DNA of 64,000 nt from an uncultured Holophaga sp. (GCA_963664825.1 OY761614.1:2848001-2912000), one strand, 5' to 3'. Positions 30,575 through 40,702 are shown, counted from the first letter of the stretch. Notes: generated by a model from the letters alone, not told the origin. Made by a program: numbers and translations.

Positions 30575-32373
30575 CCGCGCGCATCCTGTGTATTGAGGAC
30601 AACCCGGTCAACTATCGGCTGGTGCAGCGCCTGTTGACCCAGGCGGGCTACGAGATGCACTGGGCCGAGGAGGGCCTCCGGGGCTTCGAGATGGCCATGG
30701 AACTCAAACCCGATCTGGTGCTCCTGGATATCAACCTGCCGGGCCTCTCGGGTTTCGAGGTGGCCACCAAGTTCAGGCAGCAGGCCGAACTCAAGCACAC
30801 GCCCATCATCGCCCTCACCGCCAAGACCCTGAAGGGTGATCGCGAGACGGCCTTGGTGGCCGGTTGCGACGGATTCATTCCCAAGCCCATCGATCCCTTT
30901 GCCTTCGTCGGCCAGGTGGAGGCCTATCTCGGCGGCCACCGGGAGCACCTCGAAAAATCTAGGGAAGGGGCTGTGCTCAGGAATTTCAATGTTCAGATGC
31001 TGGAGCATCTCGAGGCCCAACTCAAGGAGGCCCAGGAAGCCAACCGGAAGCTGACCGCCACCCAGGAGGAGCTGGAGACTCGCAACCGGAGCCTCCAGCG
31101 GCTGCTGAGCCTGGGCCAGTCTCTCCTGCTGGAACACGATTCGACCGCCCTCGTGCTCCGGGTTCTGGAACAGGTCCAGGCCATCGTGGGGGCCACGAGC
31201 CTGGCGGCCTATCGCCTCCATCCCAGTGGGGGCTACTGGGAAGGGTTCCAATGGCAGGGGGAGCGCTTCGAGGTGGCCCTGACCCTGCCCCGGGACCATG
31301 TGTTCTGTGAACGCTTGCGCACGCTGAGTGAGGGCGGGCTTCTCCATGGGGCGCAGCTTCGGAGCCACCGGATCTGGGAGGAAGGGCTCCAATTGGGGTT
31401 CTGGGGGCCCAGCTCCGAAATGAGCCTCCAGGTGCTGAAGGACCGCCAGGTGGAAGACGAGATCTGGGGATTCTGGACCTTCGCCCGGGATGCCGCCCAG
31501 CCCTTCCTGCCCCTGGACCTGGAGCTGATCGCGCTCCATGCGGGACTGGCGATGGTGAGCATCGAGAACGCCGAACTCATCCACAGCCTCCATGAGAGCA
31601 GCCGGGCCCTGGCTTCCAGCTACGAGCACATGGAACTCTCCTACCAGGACCTTCAGCACGCCAAGGCCGAGCTGAGCCGTCAGGACCGCCAAGTGATCAT
31701 GGAGGAGCTCTTCGCCAAGATCACGCACCGTCTCGTGGCCCCCGTGCAGATCCTCAATCGCCAGAGCCATGAACTCGACCGCCTGCTGGGTTCCCGGGAC
31801 GCATTGGGCGAGTCGGCCCCGAGGGCGATCGCGGAGATCCTAAGTGCGGTCTCCAAGATCAATGGGCTCCTGAAGGCCCTGATGCGAAGGGTCGACAAGG
31901 AAAGTCCCTCCACGCCCGAATGGCTGGACCTCCACGATCTCCTGCTTCAGGAGCTGGAGCTGCTGGGGGCGGAAGGCGTGATCCCAACCAAGGCCGAGGT
32001 GGAAGCCGAACTGGAGGCCTGGAATCCCCGGATCTACGGGGTCTACGGGGATTTCTCGAAGCTACTCCAGAATCTCGCCCTCCATGGATTCGGTGGGCCG
32101 ACGCCCTCCACCAAGTTGAAACTGCGTTCTTGGATGGAGGCTGAATGCTTCCAATTGGAGATCCTGGACGAGGGTGGGCCGATCCCGCCGACGGAACTGG
32201 AAGGCGCCTTCGAACCCTTCAATGAACTGCATCAGCAGGCCGTCATCGGGATCCGCAGCCCGGGACCCTCCCTGCCTCTCTGCAAACAGCTGCTGGCGGC
32301 CTACCACGGCCAGATCGAGATCCGCAATGAAGGGGAGGGCACGGCGGTGCATGTGTCCTTCCCGCTGAGGTAG
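30571..32373 (+). CDS. Response regulator with GAF-like and degenerate kinase domains
   Basis: N-terminal receiver (IEDN, LLDINLP, ALTA, KP); C-terminal HATPase-like region with eroded N/G boxes. Confidence 0.85.
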   Translation: MTARILCIEDNPVNYRLVQRLLTQAGYEMHWAEEGLRGFEMAMELKPDLVLLDINLPGLSGFEVATKFRQQAELKHTPIIALTAKTLKGDRETALVAGCDGFIPKPIDPFAFVGQVEAYLGGHREHLEKSREGAVLRNFNVQMLEHLEAQLKEAQEANRKLTATQEELETRNRSLQRLLSLGQSLLLEHDSTALVLRVLEQVQAIVGATSLAAYRLHPSGGYWEGFQWQGERFEVALTLPRDHVFCERLRTLSEGGLLHGAQLRSHRIWEEGLQLGFWGPSSEMSLQVLKDRQVEDEIWGFWTFARDAAQPFLPLDLELIALHAGLAMVSIENAELIHSLHESSRALASSYEHMELSYQDLQHAKAELSRQDRQVIMEELFAKITHRLVAPVQILNRQSHELDRLLGSRDALGESAPRAIAEILSAVSKINGLLKALMRRVDKESPSTPEWLDLHDLLLQELELLGAEGVIPTKAEVEAELEAWNPRIYGVYGDFSKLLQNLALHGFGGPTPSTKLKLRSWMEAECFQLEILDEGGPIPPTELEGAFEPFNELHQQAVIGIRSPGPSLPLCKQLLAAYHGQIEIRNEGEGTAVHVSFPLR

Positions 32374-32375
32374 GC

Positions 32376-33011
32376 TCAGAGGATTTCCACGAGCCCCCAC
32401 TGCCGCCCCTCCGTGTCCCCCCGGCGGTAGCTGAAGAGCAGTTCGGGTTCGCAGAGGGTGCACTTCAACACAGAACCGTCGTTGGCGGCATCCAGCCCCA
32501 GATCCAGGGCCTGGGCGCGCAGGAAGCCATGCAGATCGAAATGGAACTTGCCCGGTGCCGTGGGCTCGGCCAGGGCCTCGCTCCAGGCGGGATCCCGGCG
32601 GGCGGCCTCGAGGACCTCCGGGCCCACCTCGAAGTGGCACCTGCGGATGCCAGGTCCCAGGGCCCAGACGAGATCCTGGGGATGTCCTCCCTGGGCGATG
32701 AACAGGGCGACGCCCCTGCGCAGGATCCCCGCCACGGCTCCTCGCCAGCCCGCGTGCAGGGCGGCCACCCAGGGGCCGCCGCTAAGGCCCGCCAGCAGCA
32801 CGGGCACGCAATCGGCCACGCGTACGCCGATGGGCATTCCTGGTTGTCGGGTCCAGAGCCCGTCCCCCGCTTGGACAGCCCCTGTCGCGGCATGGATCTC
32901 GCATCCGTGGATCTGGCGGAGACGCACGGGAGGCAGGCATTCGGGGCCATCCAGGCGCGTCGTGAAGCCCCAGTGGAGGGGAAAGGGGGGCGGGACGGTG
33001 GGGATGAGCAT
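32376..33011 (-). CDS. pgeF: Peptidoglycan editing factor PgeF/YfiH family
   Basis: QIHG, VADCVPVLL, HAGWRG, GPGI, CT...FSYRR. Confidence 0.92.
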   Translation of the reverse strand: MLIPTVPPPFPLHWGFTTRLDGPECLPPVRLRQIHGCEIHAATGAVQAGDGLWTRQPGMPIGVRVADCVPVLLAGLSGGPWVAALHAGWRGAVAGILRRGVALFIAQGGHPQDLVWALGPGIRRCHFEVGPEVLEAARRDPAWSEALAEPTAPGKFHFDLHGFLRAQALDLGLDAANDGSVLKCTLCEPELLFSYRRGDTEGRQWGLVEIL

Positions 33012-33015
33012 CGTC

Positions 33016-33951
33016 CTACCTGGGCCACATCAGGCAGAGCAGGCTGAGATCGGTGATGGCCCAGGCTCCCAGGGCCCAGTACATCCCCGCCTCGTGCTGC
33101 TGGGGGCTCCGGCTTCGCCAGTGGGCCAGCCAGGGGACGAGGACGCCGGACCAGCATCCCAAGGAAGGCAGTAAGCCGATCAGGAGCCATCCGCGAGAGG
33201 CCGCGAAGGCCCAGAGTCCCCAGGCGAAACAGGCGTGGGCTGCGGCCATGAGTAGGATCGCCAGGGCCAGGCTGCGGGTCTCCCCCAGTTGGATGACCAG
33301 CGTGCGGTCTCCCCGGGCACGGTCTTCTTCGATTTGGTAGATCTGGGTCAGGGGATAGAGGGCGCCGAAGAGGAAGGCGAAACCGATCGCCACGGCCCAG
33401 AAGGCCGGTGTCACGGGGCGGCCCGTGAGGCCCCAGCCCGCCAGCGGCGTGAGCAGGCCGAAGCCCAGGCCATTGATCAGGAGATCCCAGCCGGCCCGCG
33501 CCTTGAGACGAATGGGGGGCATGGAGTAGAGGAAGGCCATGATCACACAGAGCCCGTTGCTCCAGGCGAAGACCGGCGGCAGCAGGAAGCCCGAGGCCAG
33601 GCTGAGGAGGAGCATGGTGGCCGAGACCTGGAAGAGATACTTGGGCGGTTTGGGGGGTTGCCGGAGGTAGCCGATATCGCCGTCATCCTGATCGAAGGCG
33701 CTATTGATGGCCAGCGTGCCCCCGTTCATGAGGACCACGAAGATGCCCCAGCCCAGGAAGACCCGGCCCATGGATACCTTGACTCCCACGGCCAGGAGGG
33801 TGCCGAGCAGAAAATGGGCCGTCATGATGGGCCACTGCATCGGTCGGAGGTGGAGGAGGTAGGCCATCAGGGTCGGCCCCAGGAGCCCTTCGCAGGCCTG
33901 GCGCAGGCGGGAGGGCGTGGCCTTGGGGTCAGAGGAGGGTGGCTTGTTCAT
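33016..33951 (-). CDS. UbiA family prenyltransferase
   Basis: NSAFDQDDGD, YSMPPIRLK, QIYQIEEDRARGDRTL; multiple TMs. Confidence 0.85.
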   Translation of the reverse strand: MNKPPSSDPKATPSRLRQACEGLLGPTLMAYLLHLRPMQWPIMTAHFLLGTLLAVGVKVSMGRVFLGWGIFVVLMNGGTLAINSAFDQDDGDIGYLRQPPKPPKYLFQVSATMLLLSLASGFLLPPVFAWSNGLCVIMAFLYSMPPIRLKARAGWDLLINGLGFGLLTPLAGWGLTGRPVTPAFWAVAIGFAFLFGALYPLTQIYQIEEDRARGDRTLVIQLGETRSLALAILLMAAAHACFAWGLWAFAASRGWLLIGLLPSLGCWSGVLVPWLAHWRSRSPQQHEAGMYWALGAWAITDLSLLCLMWPR

Positions 33952-34718
33952 GCGATCCCCTCGTGCCGCAGGGGGCGCACCTTGGCTGCCTCGTCACGCT
34001 TCGGCTCCACGAGAGCCTCCATCGCCGCACTCAGCAACGGAATGCTGAAGTTCGTATCCACGCACATGCCGTGGGGCAGCTGGAGCGGAATGGCGTAGAC
34101 GGGGACTTCGGGGAGCTTGATGAGGCCCTTCACCAGGCGATCCGGGCAGCTCACCGCCAGGATGAGATCGGGATGGAACTCCCGGGCCTCCCGGTAGGCC
34201 TTGTGGCTGCGGTTGGAGATCCGGACGTCCCAGCGGCCCAGCAGGCTGGCCTGGAGGTAGTCTCCCACCGGGCAGAGGCCGCATTGATGGCAGTTGGAGA
34301 GTCCGTCCAGGATCTGGGCCTTGCAGCGGGCCATCTGGATGCAATGGGGCAGGAGGATCAGGGCCTGTCGGGCCGGGCGCGTCCTGAAGGCCTCTCGGAC
34401 CTGGAGGTTGTTCCAGGCGCAGAAGGCTTGGATCCATGCCCCCTCTTGGCCGAACAGGCGGGCCGCCGGGCGCAGGGCCCTCACCCAGAGACCGTCCCAG
34501 CGGATGATGGCCCGGCGGCTCTTCAGGTAGGCATCCCCGGTCTTGAAGGTGGGTCCCACTTCGGCCAGGCAGGCGACCACCAAGAGCAAGACCCAACCCC
34601 GGCTGCCCTGATGTACCAGCGCGGTGATGAGGCCCGCCAGGGCTAACCCGAGCGGAATTCCGCGCCGGACGATGAGGAAGGGCCAGGTGCGCTCTGGAGG
34701 GAGAGGATGGGATTTCAT
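33948..34718 (-). CDS. DUF116 family Cys-rich membrane-anchored protein
   Basis: LILLPHCIQ...C...CHQCGLC, AVSC..L..G, CVDT. Confidence 0.85.
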   Translation of the reverse strand: MKSHPLPPERTWPFLIVRRGIPLGLALAGLITALVHQGSRGWVLLLVVACLAEVGPTFKTGDAYLKSRRAIIRWDGLWVRALRPAARLFGQEGAWIQAFCAWNNLQVREAFRTRPARQALILLPHCIQMARCKAQILDGLSNCHQCGLCPVGDYLQASLLGRWDVRISNRSHKAYREAREFHPDLILAVSCPDRLVKGLIKLPEVPVYAIPLQLPHGMCVDTNFSIPLLSAAMEALVEPKRDEAAKVRPLRHEGIA

Positions 34719-34765
34719 GGAAACCTAGTGGGAGCTCCGGGTGCGCCGCGAATGGGAGTGTGGGT

Positions 34766-36232
34766 TCACTTGCCTACTCCGACCAAACCCACGAGTTTTT
34801 TAAGGTCATCATCCTTCCAGCGGATGCCGCCCCCGACGAAGAAGGTGCGGAGATCCTTGTTCCCGAGGTCCTGGCCCCCGGCCTGAACGTAGACACCCTT
34901 CCAGAGCTGGTAGCTGGTGGTGGCACGGTAGCGGGGATTGGGCTTGTCGTCCCGCTTGGAGAAATCGTAGGCCAGGCCGCCGATGCGGAAGCGGTCGTTC
35001 AGGAAGCGCAGCTCGGCTCCGGCGCCGCCCTTGCCATCGATGATGCCCGCGTGGATGACGAAGTGCTCGCCCAGGCGCTTCATGAATTCGGCCGAGAGGG
35101 TGAAGACCTGTTCGGAAGTGGCGGTGTAGACCTTCTGCACGGCGTCCTTCGGGAGCCCGGTGAGGGGATCGATCTGGGTGAGGGTGCGCGTGCTCTCGGA
35201 GAGCTTCCCGTCGGGGGTCGAGCTCAGGCCCACGGAATACCAGTAGTCCTTGCGGGGGGCGATCTCGATGCCCAGGCCCACTTGGCTATCGCCCCGGCTG
35301 GTCCAGCGCGCGCCGCCCATATCGAGGCGCAGCTCCATGTTCTTCATGCCGCCCAGCATCTCGTTGACGTTATCCACGGCGGTGTTGAGCTTCAAGATCG
35401 TGGTGTCGTCGTTGAGCAGCTTGCCGATGGTGCCTTCGCCCTTGTTCATCTTATCGGTGATGGAGCGGATGTTCTCGGAGGTGGACTGGAAGCCCTGGGC
35501 CAGCTTGCGCACATCGCCCATGAGGCCCTTCAGCTCGGGCTTGTTCTGGTCGACCATTCCGTTGAGGTTCTTGCCCAGATCCTCGAATTGCTTGGCGATC
35601 TTGGGCAGGCGGTCCCGCATCTCACTGGTGATGGTCTCCACGTTGGCCATGGTGTTATTGATGGCGGCGTGGTTTTCCTGGGACATGGACCTGAATTCGG
35701 CGGTAAGGACTCTGATGTTATCGACGATCTCGTCGAGCTTCTGGCGGCCATTCTCCCCGCCGATGGACTGGTTCAGGGCGTAGGTGATGCCCTTCACATC
35801 CGTGCCGATGGAACCCAGGGTCTCCATGAGGTTATCCAGGCTCACGCCGGTCTTGCTGGGGATGGTGCTGCCCGAGGGGAGGGCGCCCTGGGTGGGCTTG
35901 CCGGGATCCAGGTCGAGATACTTCTCGCCCAGGATGCCGATGCTATTGAGGGAGGCCATGGCGCCCCGGTTCACGGCGATCTTCTCATCAACGGTGAAGA
36001 CGATGATGGCGTGGCCATTCTCGATGGCGATTTCCTTCACCGTCCCCACCTTGACCCCCGCGATGAGCACGTGGCCCTGGACGTTGAGGCCAGCCACCTG
36101 GGCAAACTCCGTGCGGAAGGTGCGCTCGGCGGGTTTGCCGAAGACCTCCAGTTTCTCGGTGCGCATGATGAGCACGCCCAGGATCAAAATGGTCCCGATG
36201 AAGAAGGCGCCGACTTTGCTTTCGAGTTTCAT
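34766..36232 (-). CDS. mlaD: MlaD/MCE family protein (long, with coiled coil and C-terminal beta-rich domain)
   Basis: KVGAF TM, AGL...IAGVKVGTV, GILGEKYL. Confidence 0.9.
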   Translation of the reverse strand: MKLESKVGAFFIGTILILGVLIMRTEKLEVFGKPAERTFRTEFAQVAGLNVQGHVLIAGVKVGTVKEIAIENGHAIIVFTVDEKIAVNRGAMASLNSIGILGEKYLDLDPGKPTQGALPSGSTIPSKTGVSLDNLMETLGSIGTDVKGITYALNQSIGGENGRQKLDEIVDNIRVLTAEFRSMSQENHAAINNTMANVETITSEMRDRLPKIAKQFEDLGKNLNGMVDQNKPELKGLMGDVRKLAQGFQSTSENIRSITDKMNKGEGTIGKLLNDDTTILKLNTAVDNVNEMLGGMKNMELRLDMGGARWTSRGDSQVGLGIEIAPRKDYWYSVGLSSTPDGKLSESTRTLTQIDPLTGLPKDAVQKVYTATSEQVFTLSAEFMKRLGEHFVIHAGIIDGKGGAGAELRFLNDRFRIGGLAYDFSKRDDKPNPRYRATTSYQLWKGVYVQAGGQDLGNKDLRTFFVGGGIRWKDDDLKKLVGLVGVGK

Positions 36233-36249
36233 GGGATATCCGGAGAAGG

Positions 36250-37077
36250 TCAGTCGATGTGGACAGGATGGTAGACGGATCGATCCAGGGCCCGCCGAGG
36301 AGGGGGCGGATCCTGGAGGAAGGGCCCGTCGGCATCCCCGCGGAGGAACTGCTGGATGACGGGATGGGGGTTCACCTTGAAGGCTGCCGGGGGCTCACAG
36401 GCCAGGCATTCGCCGCGAAAGATCAAGGCGATGCGGTCCGCGATCTCGAAGGCGCTCTTCAGGTCGTGGGTGACGGTGATGCTGGTGACGCCCATCTCGG
36501 CCTTCAGGTCCAGGATGATGCGTCCGATCACATCGGTCATCACGGGATCCAGGCCCGTGGTGGGTTCGTCGAAGAGGAGAATCCTGGGCTTGAGGGCGAT
36601 GGCCCGGGCGAAGCCCACCCGGCGTTTCATGCCGCCGGAGAGCTCGGAAGGCTTGAGCTTATTGGTGCCCTTGAGACCCACCATGTTCAGGCATTCGTCC
36701 ACGCGATCGGCGATCTCGGCCTTGGTCATGGGCGCGTGGCGCTTCAGGGCAAATCCCACGTTCTCTTCTACCGTCATGGAGTCAAATAGGGCCGCCATCT
36801 GGAAGCACATGCCGATCTTCTTGCGCACCTCGAAGAGCTCTTCCCGATCGAGCTGCTGGATGATCTTGCCCTCCACGGCCACGTGTCCCGCGTCCGGCGT
36901 CAGAAGGCCCATGATATTGCGCAGGAGCACGGTCTTGCCCGTGCCCGAACCGCCCATCACGCAGAGGCTCTCGCCTTCCTGGACCTGGAGGTTGACGTTG
37001 GACAGCACAACCTTGGGGCCGAAGGCCTTGGAGAGATTGACCACATCGATGACGGGTTCCATGGATATGTTTCCCAT
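36250..37077 (-). CDS. mlaF: MlaF-type ABC ATPase
   Basis: GGSGTGKT, LSGGMKRRV, LFDEPTTGLDP; start 37077 or 37062. Confidence 0.92.
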   Translation of the reverse strand: MGNISMEPVIDVVNLSKAFGPKVVLSNVNLQVQEGESLCVMGGSGTGKTVLLRNIMGLLTPDAGHVAVEGKIIQQLDREELFEVRKKIGMCFQMAALFDSMTVEENVGFALKRHAPMTKAEIADRVDECLNMVGLKGTNKLKPSELSGGMKRRVGFARAIALKPRILLFDEPTTGLDPVMTDVIGRIILDLKAEMGVTSITVTHDLKSAFEIADRIALIFRGECLACEPPAAFKVNPHPVIQQFLRGDADGPFLQDPPPPRRALDRSVYHPVHID

Positions 37078-37853
37078 CAGACGAGGAGCAGCTTGGTGAG
37101 GAAAAAGTCCGCGATGAGGATCCAGAGGCTGCTGGTCACCACGCTGCTGGTGGGAGCGTTGCCCACGCCCTCGGCGCCGCCCTGGGCCCGGTAGCCGCGC
37201 CAGCATCCCACCAGCGCGATGATGATGCCGAAGACGAAGGCCTTGTAGACGGCGATGCGGATATCCCGGAAGGCCAGGAGCTTGTAGAAGTCGTTGGCAT
37301 AGACGTAGGCGCTCTGGCCTTCGGCGCCCACCAGCAGCAGGTAGCCGCCCCAATAGCCCACATAGATGCTGAGACCCACCAGCAGGGGCAGCATGATCGC
37401 GGAGGCCAGGAGCCGGGGCACGAAGAGGTAATGCACGGGATCGGTGGCCAGGCATTCCAGGGCGTCGATCTGTTCGGTCACCTGCATGGTGCCTAATTCG
37501 GCGGCCATGGCGCTGCCCACCCGGCCCGCCATCATGAGGCCGGAGATGACCGGCGCCAGCTCGCGCACGATGGCTAGGCCATTGACCTGGGCGGCGAGGC
37601 CTTCGGCCTGGAACTGCTTGAAGCCGTAGGCCAGCTGCACGGCAAACACCATGCTGACCGCCAGGGACGTCAGCAGGATCACAGGGATGCTATTGACGCC
37701 CACGGCCTGGAACTGATGCATCAGGTTGGCCCCATCGAAGGGGCGCTTGAAGATGGCGCGGAAGGCCCGCCCCGAAACCACCGCGAAGTCCCCGGCTTGG
37801 TCGAGGGACCGGAGAACGGGGGCGCCGAGGCGTTCGAGTAGCGAATTGAGCAT
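37077..37853 (-). CDS. mlaE: MlaE family permease
   Basis: RELAPV...AGRVGSAMAAELGTMQVTEQIDAL, GGAEGVG. Confidence 0.95.
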   Translation of the reverse strand: MLNSLLERLGAPVLRSLDQAGDFAVVSGRAFRAIFKRPFDGANLMHQFQAVGVNSIPVILLTSLAVSMVFAVQLAYGFKQFQAEGLAAQVNGLAIVRELAPVISGLMMAGRVGSAMAAELGTMQVTEQIDALECLATDPVHYLFVPRLLASAIMLPLLVGLSIYVGYWGGYLLLVGAEGQSAYVYANDFYKLLAFRDIRIAVYKAFVFGIIIALVGCWRGYRAQGGAEGVGNAPTSSVVTSSLWILIADFFLTKLLLV

Positions 37854-37887
37854 GGGGCTTCCGGGAAGGGGACTGCAAAGGGTTAGG

Positions 37888-39279
37888 TTAACTCATCCCG
37901 GCCTTCAGCCGATCCCTCAATCGTTGGGCGGTGCCCTCCTTGGTGACCTGGGGGCTGCGGGAAAGGGCGAGGGCATCGGCGGGTACATCCCGGGTGATGG
38001 TGCTGCCCGCGCCGATGAGGCAGCCGTCGCCCAGCTGCACCGGGGCGACGAGCTGGCAGTCCGAACCCACGAAGACGTCCCGGCCGATGAGGCTGCGGTG
38101 CTTGTGGAACCCGTCGTAGTTGCATGTGATGAAGCCCGCGCCGATATTGCTGCGCTCACCCACCTCACAATCGCCCAGGTAGCTCAGGTGGTTGGCCTTG
38201 GCCCCTGCGTGCAGATGGGCCTTCTTGGTTTCTACGAAATTGCCCATGTGGACGCGTTCATCTAGCACGGTGCCCTCCCGGAGATGGGCGAAGGGGCCGA
38301 CTTTGGCGTGGGCGCCGATGACGGCATCCTGGCCGATGCAGCAGGGGCGTATCTCCGCTCCCTCGCCGATGCGGCAATCCCGGAAGACGCAGCCCTGGCC
38401 GATGCGAGCGCCTTCTTCCACCGTGACTCGCCCCTCGAGGCGCAGGTTGGGCTCCAGCAGCACATCCCGGGCCAGCTCCACCCGGGGCCCCACAATCGTC
38501 GTCTCGGGATCCAGGAAGGTGACGCCTGCTTCCATCCACTGGTCATTGATGCGGCCCCGGGCCAGCCTCTGGAGCTGGGCCTGGTCCACCCTGGAATTCA
38601 TGCCCAGGAGTTCCGAGGGATCGCAGAGCTCCACCCGCAGGGGCACCCTGGAGGCCACGGTCATGATGGCGTCGGTGAGGTAGAACTCCCCTTGGGCGTT
38701 CTGGTTGGAAAGGCCCGCGAGCGCCGGTTCCAGCTCGGCCCAAGGCAGTGCGTAGGCGCCGCCATTCACCCGGCGGATGGCCAGGATCTCGAGGGAGGCG
38801 TCCTTCTGTTCCACCAGCCCCCGGAGGGTGCCGTCGGCATTTTGGATCACGCGGCCGTAGCCTGTGGGGTCCTGCAGGTCCATGGCCAGGAGGGCCGCCT
38901 CCTGGGCCGCGAGACGGGCGACGCTCTCCCTGCTCAGGAGGGGGACATCGCCATAGAGGATGACGACGCCCGTGGGGGCGAGGCGCTCCAGGGCGGGGAC
39001 GGCCTGTTGCACGGCGTGACCGGTGCCGAGAGGTTCACCCTGATCCACCGTCTGGACGGGACAGGGGAGCAGGCCCTGCTTCTTCCACTCGGCCAGGGCG
39101 GCCTCGATGCGGTCCTTGCCATGGTGCAGCACCAGGATGGCCGAGGAGACCTGAGGAGGCAGGGATCTCAGGACCCATAGCAGGGCCGGATCGCCGAGCA
39201 CCGGATGAAGGACCTTCGGCAGGGTCGATTTCATGCGTGTGCCCAGGCCTGCGGCGAGAATCACAGCGACTGTCGACAT
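37888..39279 (-). CDS. glmU: Bifunctional UDP-GlcNAc pyrophosphorylase/acetyltransferase
   Basis: ILAAGLGTRMKS, GDVPL, EFYLTD, GNFVETK, HLSYLGD, TCNYDG. Confidence 0.97.
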   Translation of the reverse strand: MSTVAVILAAGLGTRMKSTLPKVLHPVLGDPALLWVLRSLPPQVSSAILVLHHGKDRIEAALAEWKKQGLLPCPVQTVDQGEPLGTGHAVQQAVPALERLAPTGVVILYGDVPLLSRESVARLAAQEAALLAMDLQDPTGYGRVIQNADGTLRGLVEQKDASLEILAIRRVNGGAYALPWAELEPALAGLSNQNAQGEFYLTDAIMTVASRVPLRVELCDPSELLGMNSRVDQAQLQRLARGRINDQWMEAGVTFLDPETTIVGPRVELARDVLLEPNLRLEGRVTVEEGARIGQGCVFRDCRIGEGAEIRPCCIGQDAVIGAHAKVGPFAHLREGTVLDERVHMGNFVETKKAHLHAGAKANHLSYLGDCEVGERSNIGAGFITCNYDGFHKHRSLIGRDVFVGSDCQLVAPVQLGDGCLIGAGSTITRDVPADALALSRSPQVTKEGTAQRLRDRLKAGMS

Positions 39280-39312
39280 GGAACCTCCTTAACCGGCTTT
39301 TCAGCTGCCATG

Positions 39313-39410
39313 AAAGAGGGGACCGCCCGCTCGCTAAAGCTCGCTCTGCGTCCCCCCTTTGACCCCCACGTGGTGTCCAGGCGAAGCCCGGACACCACGT
39401 CTGTGTGGGG
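39313..39410. repeat. Two adjacent intergenic hairpins (REP-like)
   Basis: AAAGAGGGGAC...GTCCCCCCTTT and ACGTGGTGTCC-AG-GCGAAGC-CC-GGACACCACGT. Confidence 0.6.
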
Positions 39411-39415
39411 CCAGA

Positions 39416-40702
39416 TCATCGGGTCGCCCCGGGCTCGGTCACCTCGGCCTGCCAGGGCTCCTGCCGGGCTCGTCCAGCCAGGCGCACGGCCAGGGCCGTG
39501 GCCTCGAGGAAGTTGGTGGGATCGGCGACCCAGAGACCAGCCTTGTCGAAGGCTGTGCCGTGGTCCGGGGAGGTGCGAATGAAGGGCAGGCCCAGGGTCA
39601 GGTTGACGGCCCGGGTGGGTTCCAGGACCTTCAAGGGGATCAGCCCCTGGTCGTGGTAGAGGGCGATCACCAGATCGAATTCCCCCCGGGCGGCCCTCTG
39701 GAATAGGGTGTCGGCGGGGAGGGGGCCGAAGAAACGGGGCGAAGGGTGGCTGGGGGCGGGCTCAATCCCCGGACCCAGGGAGACCACTTCCAGATTCCTC
39801 TGGGCGCGCAGCACGGAAGACCTCGGCTGGGCTTTGGTCGGGAAGACCTCCCAGCCCTCGGGTACAGGACCGGGGGCGAAGGGAGAGGCCAGGTCCGCGA
39901 AGGGCCCGGGCCCTCCGAAATCCAGGAAGGAGGCTTCAGCCATGGTGACGGCTTCCCCGAGCATGACCTCTTCCCCGCCGAAGGCGCCGCCTTCGCCCCC
40001 ATGGGGGTTCAGGGCACAGAGGGCGACCCGGAGATCGAGCTTGCCGGTGAGTTGGATGAACCGGTCCGCCGCGAAGGAGAGGGTCTCGGCCACTGCTTCG
40101 GTGTCGAGACCTTCGACCACCGAACGCAGGCTCTGATGGACGGTGTGCAGTACCACCGAGAGGCTCGGGCTCACGAAGGCCATGCGCGTGATGGGCGATC
40201 CGGAGAGCGCCTGGAGATATTCCGTGTGGCCCGGGATATCGTAGCCCGCCTCGTGGGCGGCGCGCTTCGAGAGTGGCAGGGTCACAAGGGCATCGGCTTT
40301 TCCCGCCATGACCAGGCCCGCCCCGATGCGCACGGCCTCCACCGCGCAGCGTCCCGATTCCGGCGAACCCTGGCCGAGGCGCAGTTGCCCGGCTTGGATC
40401 TCCGGCGTGGGGTCAATCCAATGGGCGGAACCTCCCAGGGTCTGCTCCGAATCCTCCCATCGGGGCTGGGCATTGGTCTGAAAGAGGTGTTCCTGAACCC
40501 CGGCAAGCCCGGAGCCCGGTGCGGGATCCTCCAGGAAACGCCAGAAGACGGGGCCCTGGGGGAGCAGGTCCATGCCGGCCCGGGCCCCCACGATCACGAC
40601 CTCTGCCCAGCGATTGATGGCCTGAAGGGTGCGCGCCAGGATCTCCGGCCCGATCCCGCAGGGATCTCCAAGGGTGATGACGATGCAGGGGCGGCTTTTC
40701 AT
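39416..40702 (-). CDS. pdxA: 4-hydroxythreonine-4-phosphate dehydrogenase PdxA family
   Basis: GDPCGIGPE, GHTEYL, LNPHGGE, GPLPADT, YHDQGLIPLK, RTSPDHGTAFD. Confidence 0.93.
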   Translation of the reverse strand: MKSRPCIVITLGDPCGIGPEILARTLQAINRWAEVVIVGARAGMDLLPQGPVFWRFLEDPAPGSGLAGVQEHLFQTNAQPRWEDSEQTLGGSAHWIDPTPEIQAGQLRLGQGSPESGRCAVEAVRIGAGLVMAGKADALVTLPLSKRAAHEAGYDIPGHTEYLQALSGSPITRMAFVSPSLSVVLHTVHQSLRSVVEGLDTEAVAETLSFAADRFIQLTGKLDLRVALCALNPHGGEGGAFGGEEVMLGEAVTMAEASFLDFGGPGPFADLASPFAPGPVPEGWEVFPTKAQPRSSVLRAQRNLEVVSLGPGIEPAPSHPSPRFFGPLPADTLFQRAARGEFDLVIALYHDQGLIPLKVLEPTRAVNLTLGLPFIRTSPDHGTAFDKAGLWVADPTNFLEATALAVRLAGRARQEPWQAEVTEPGATR

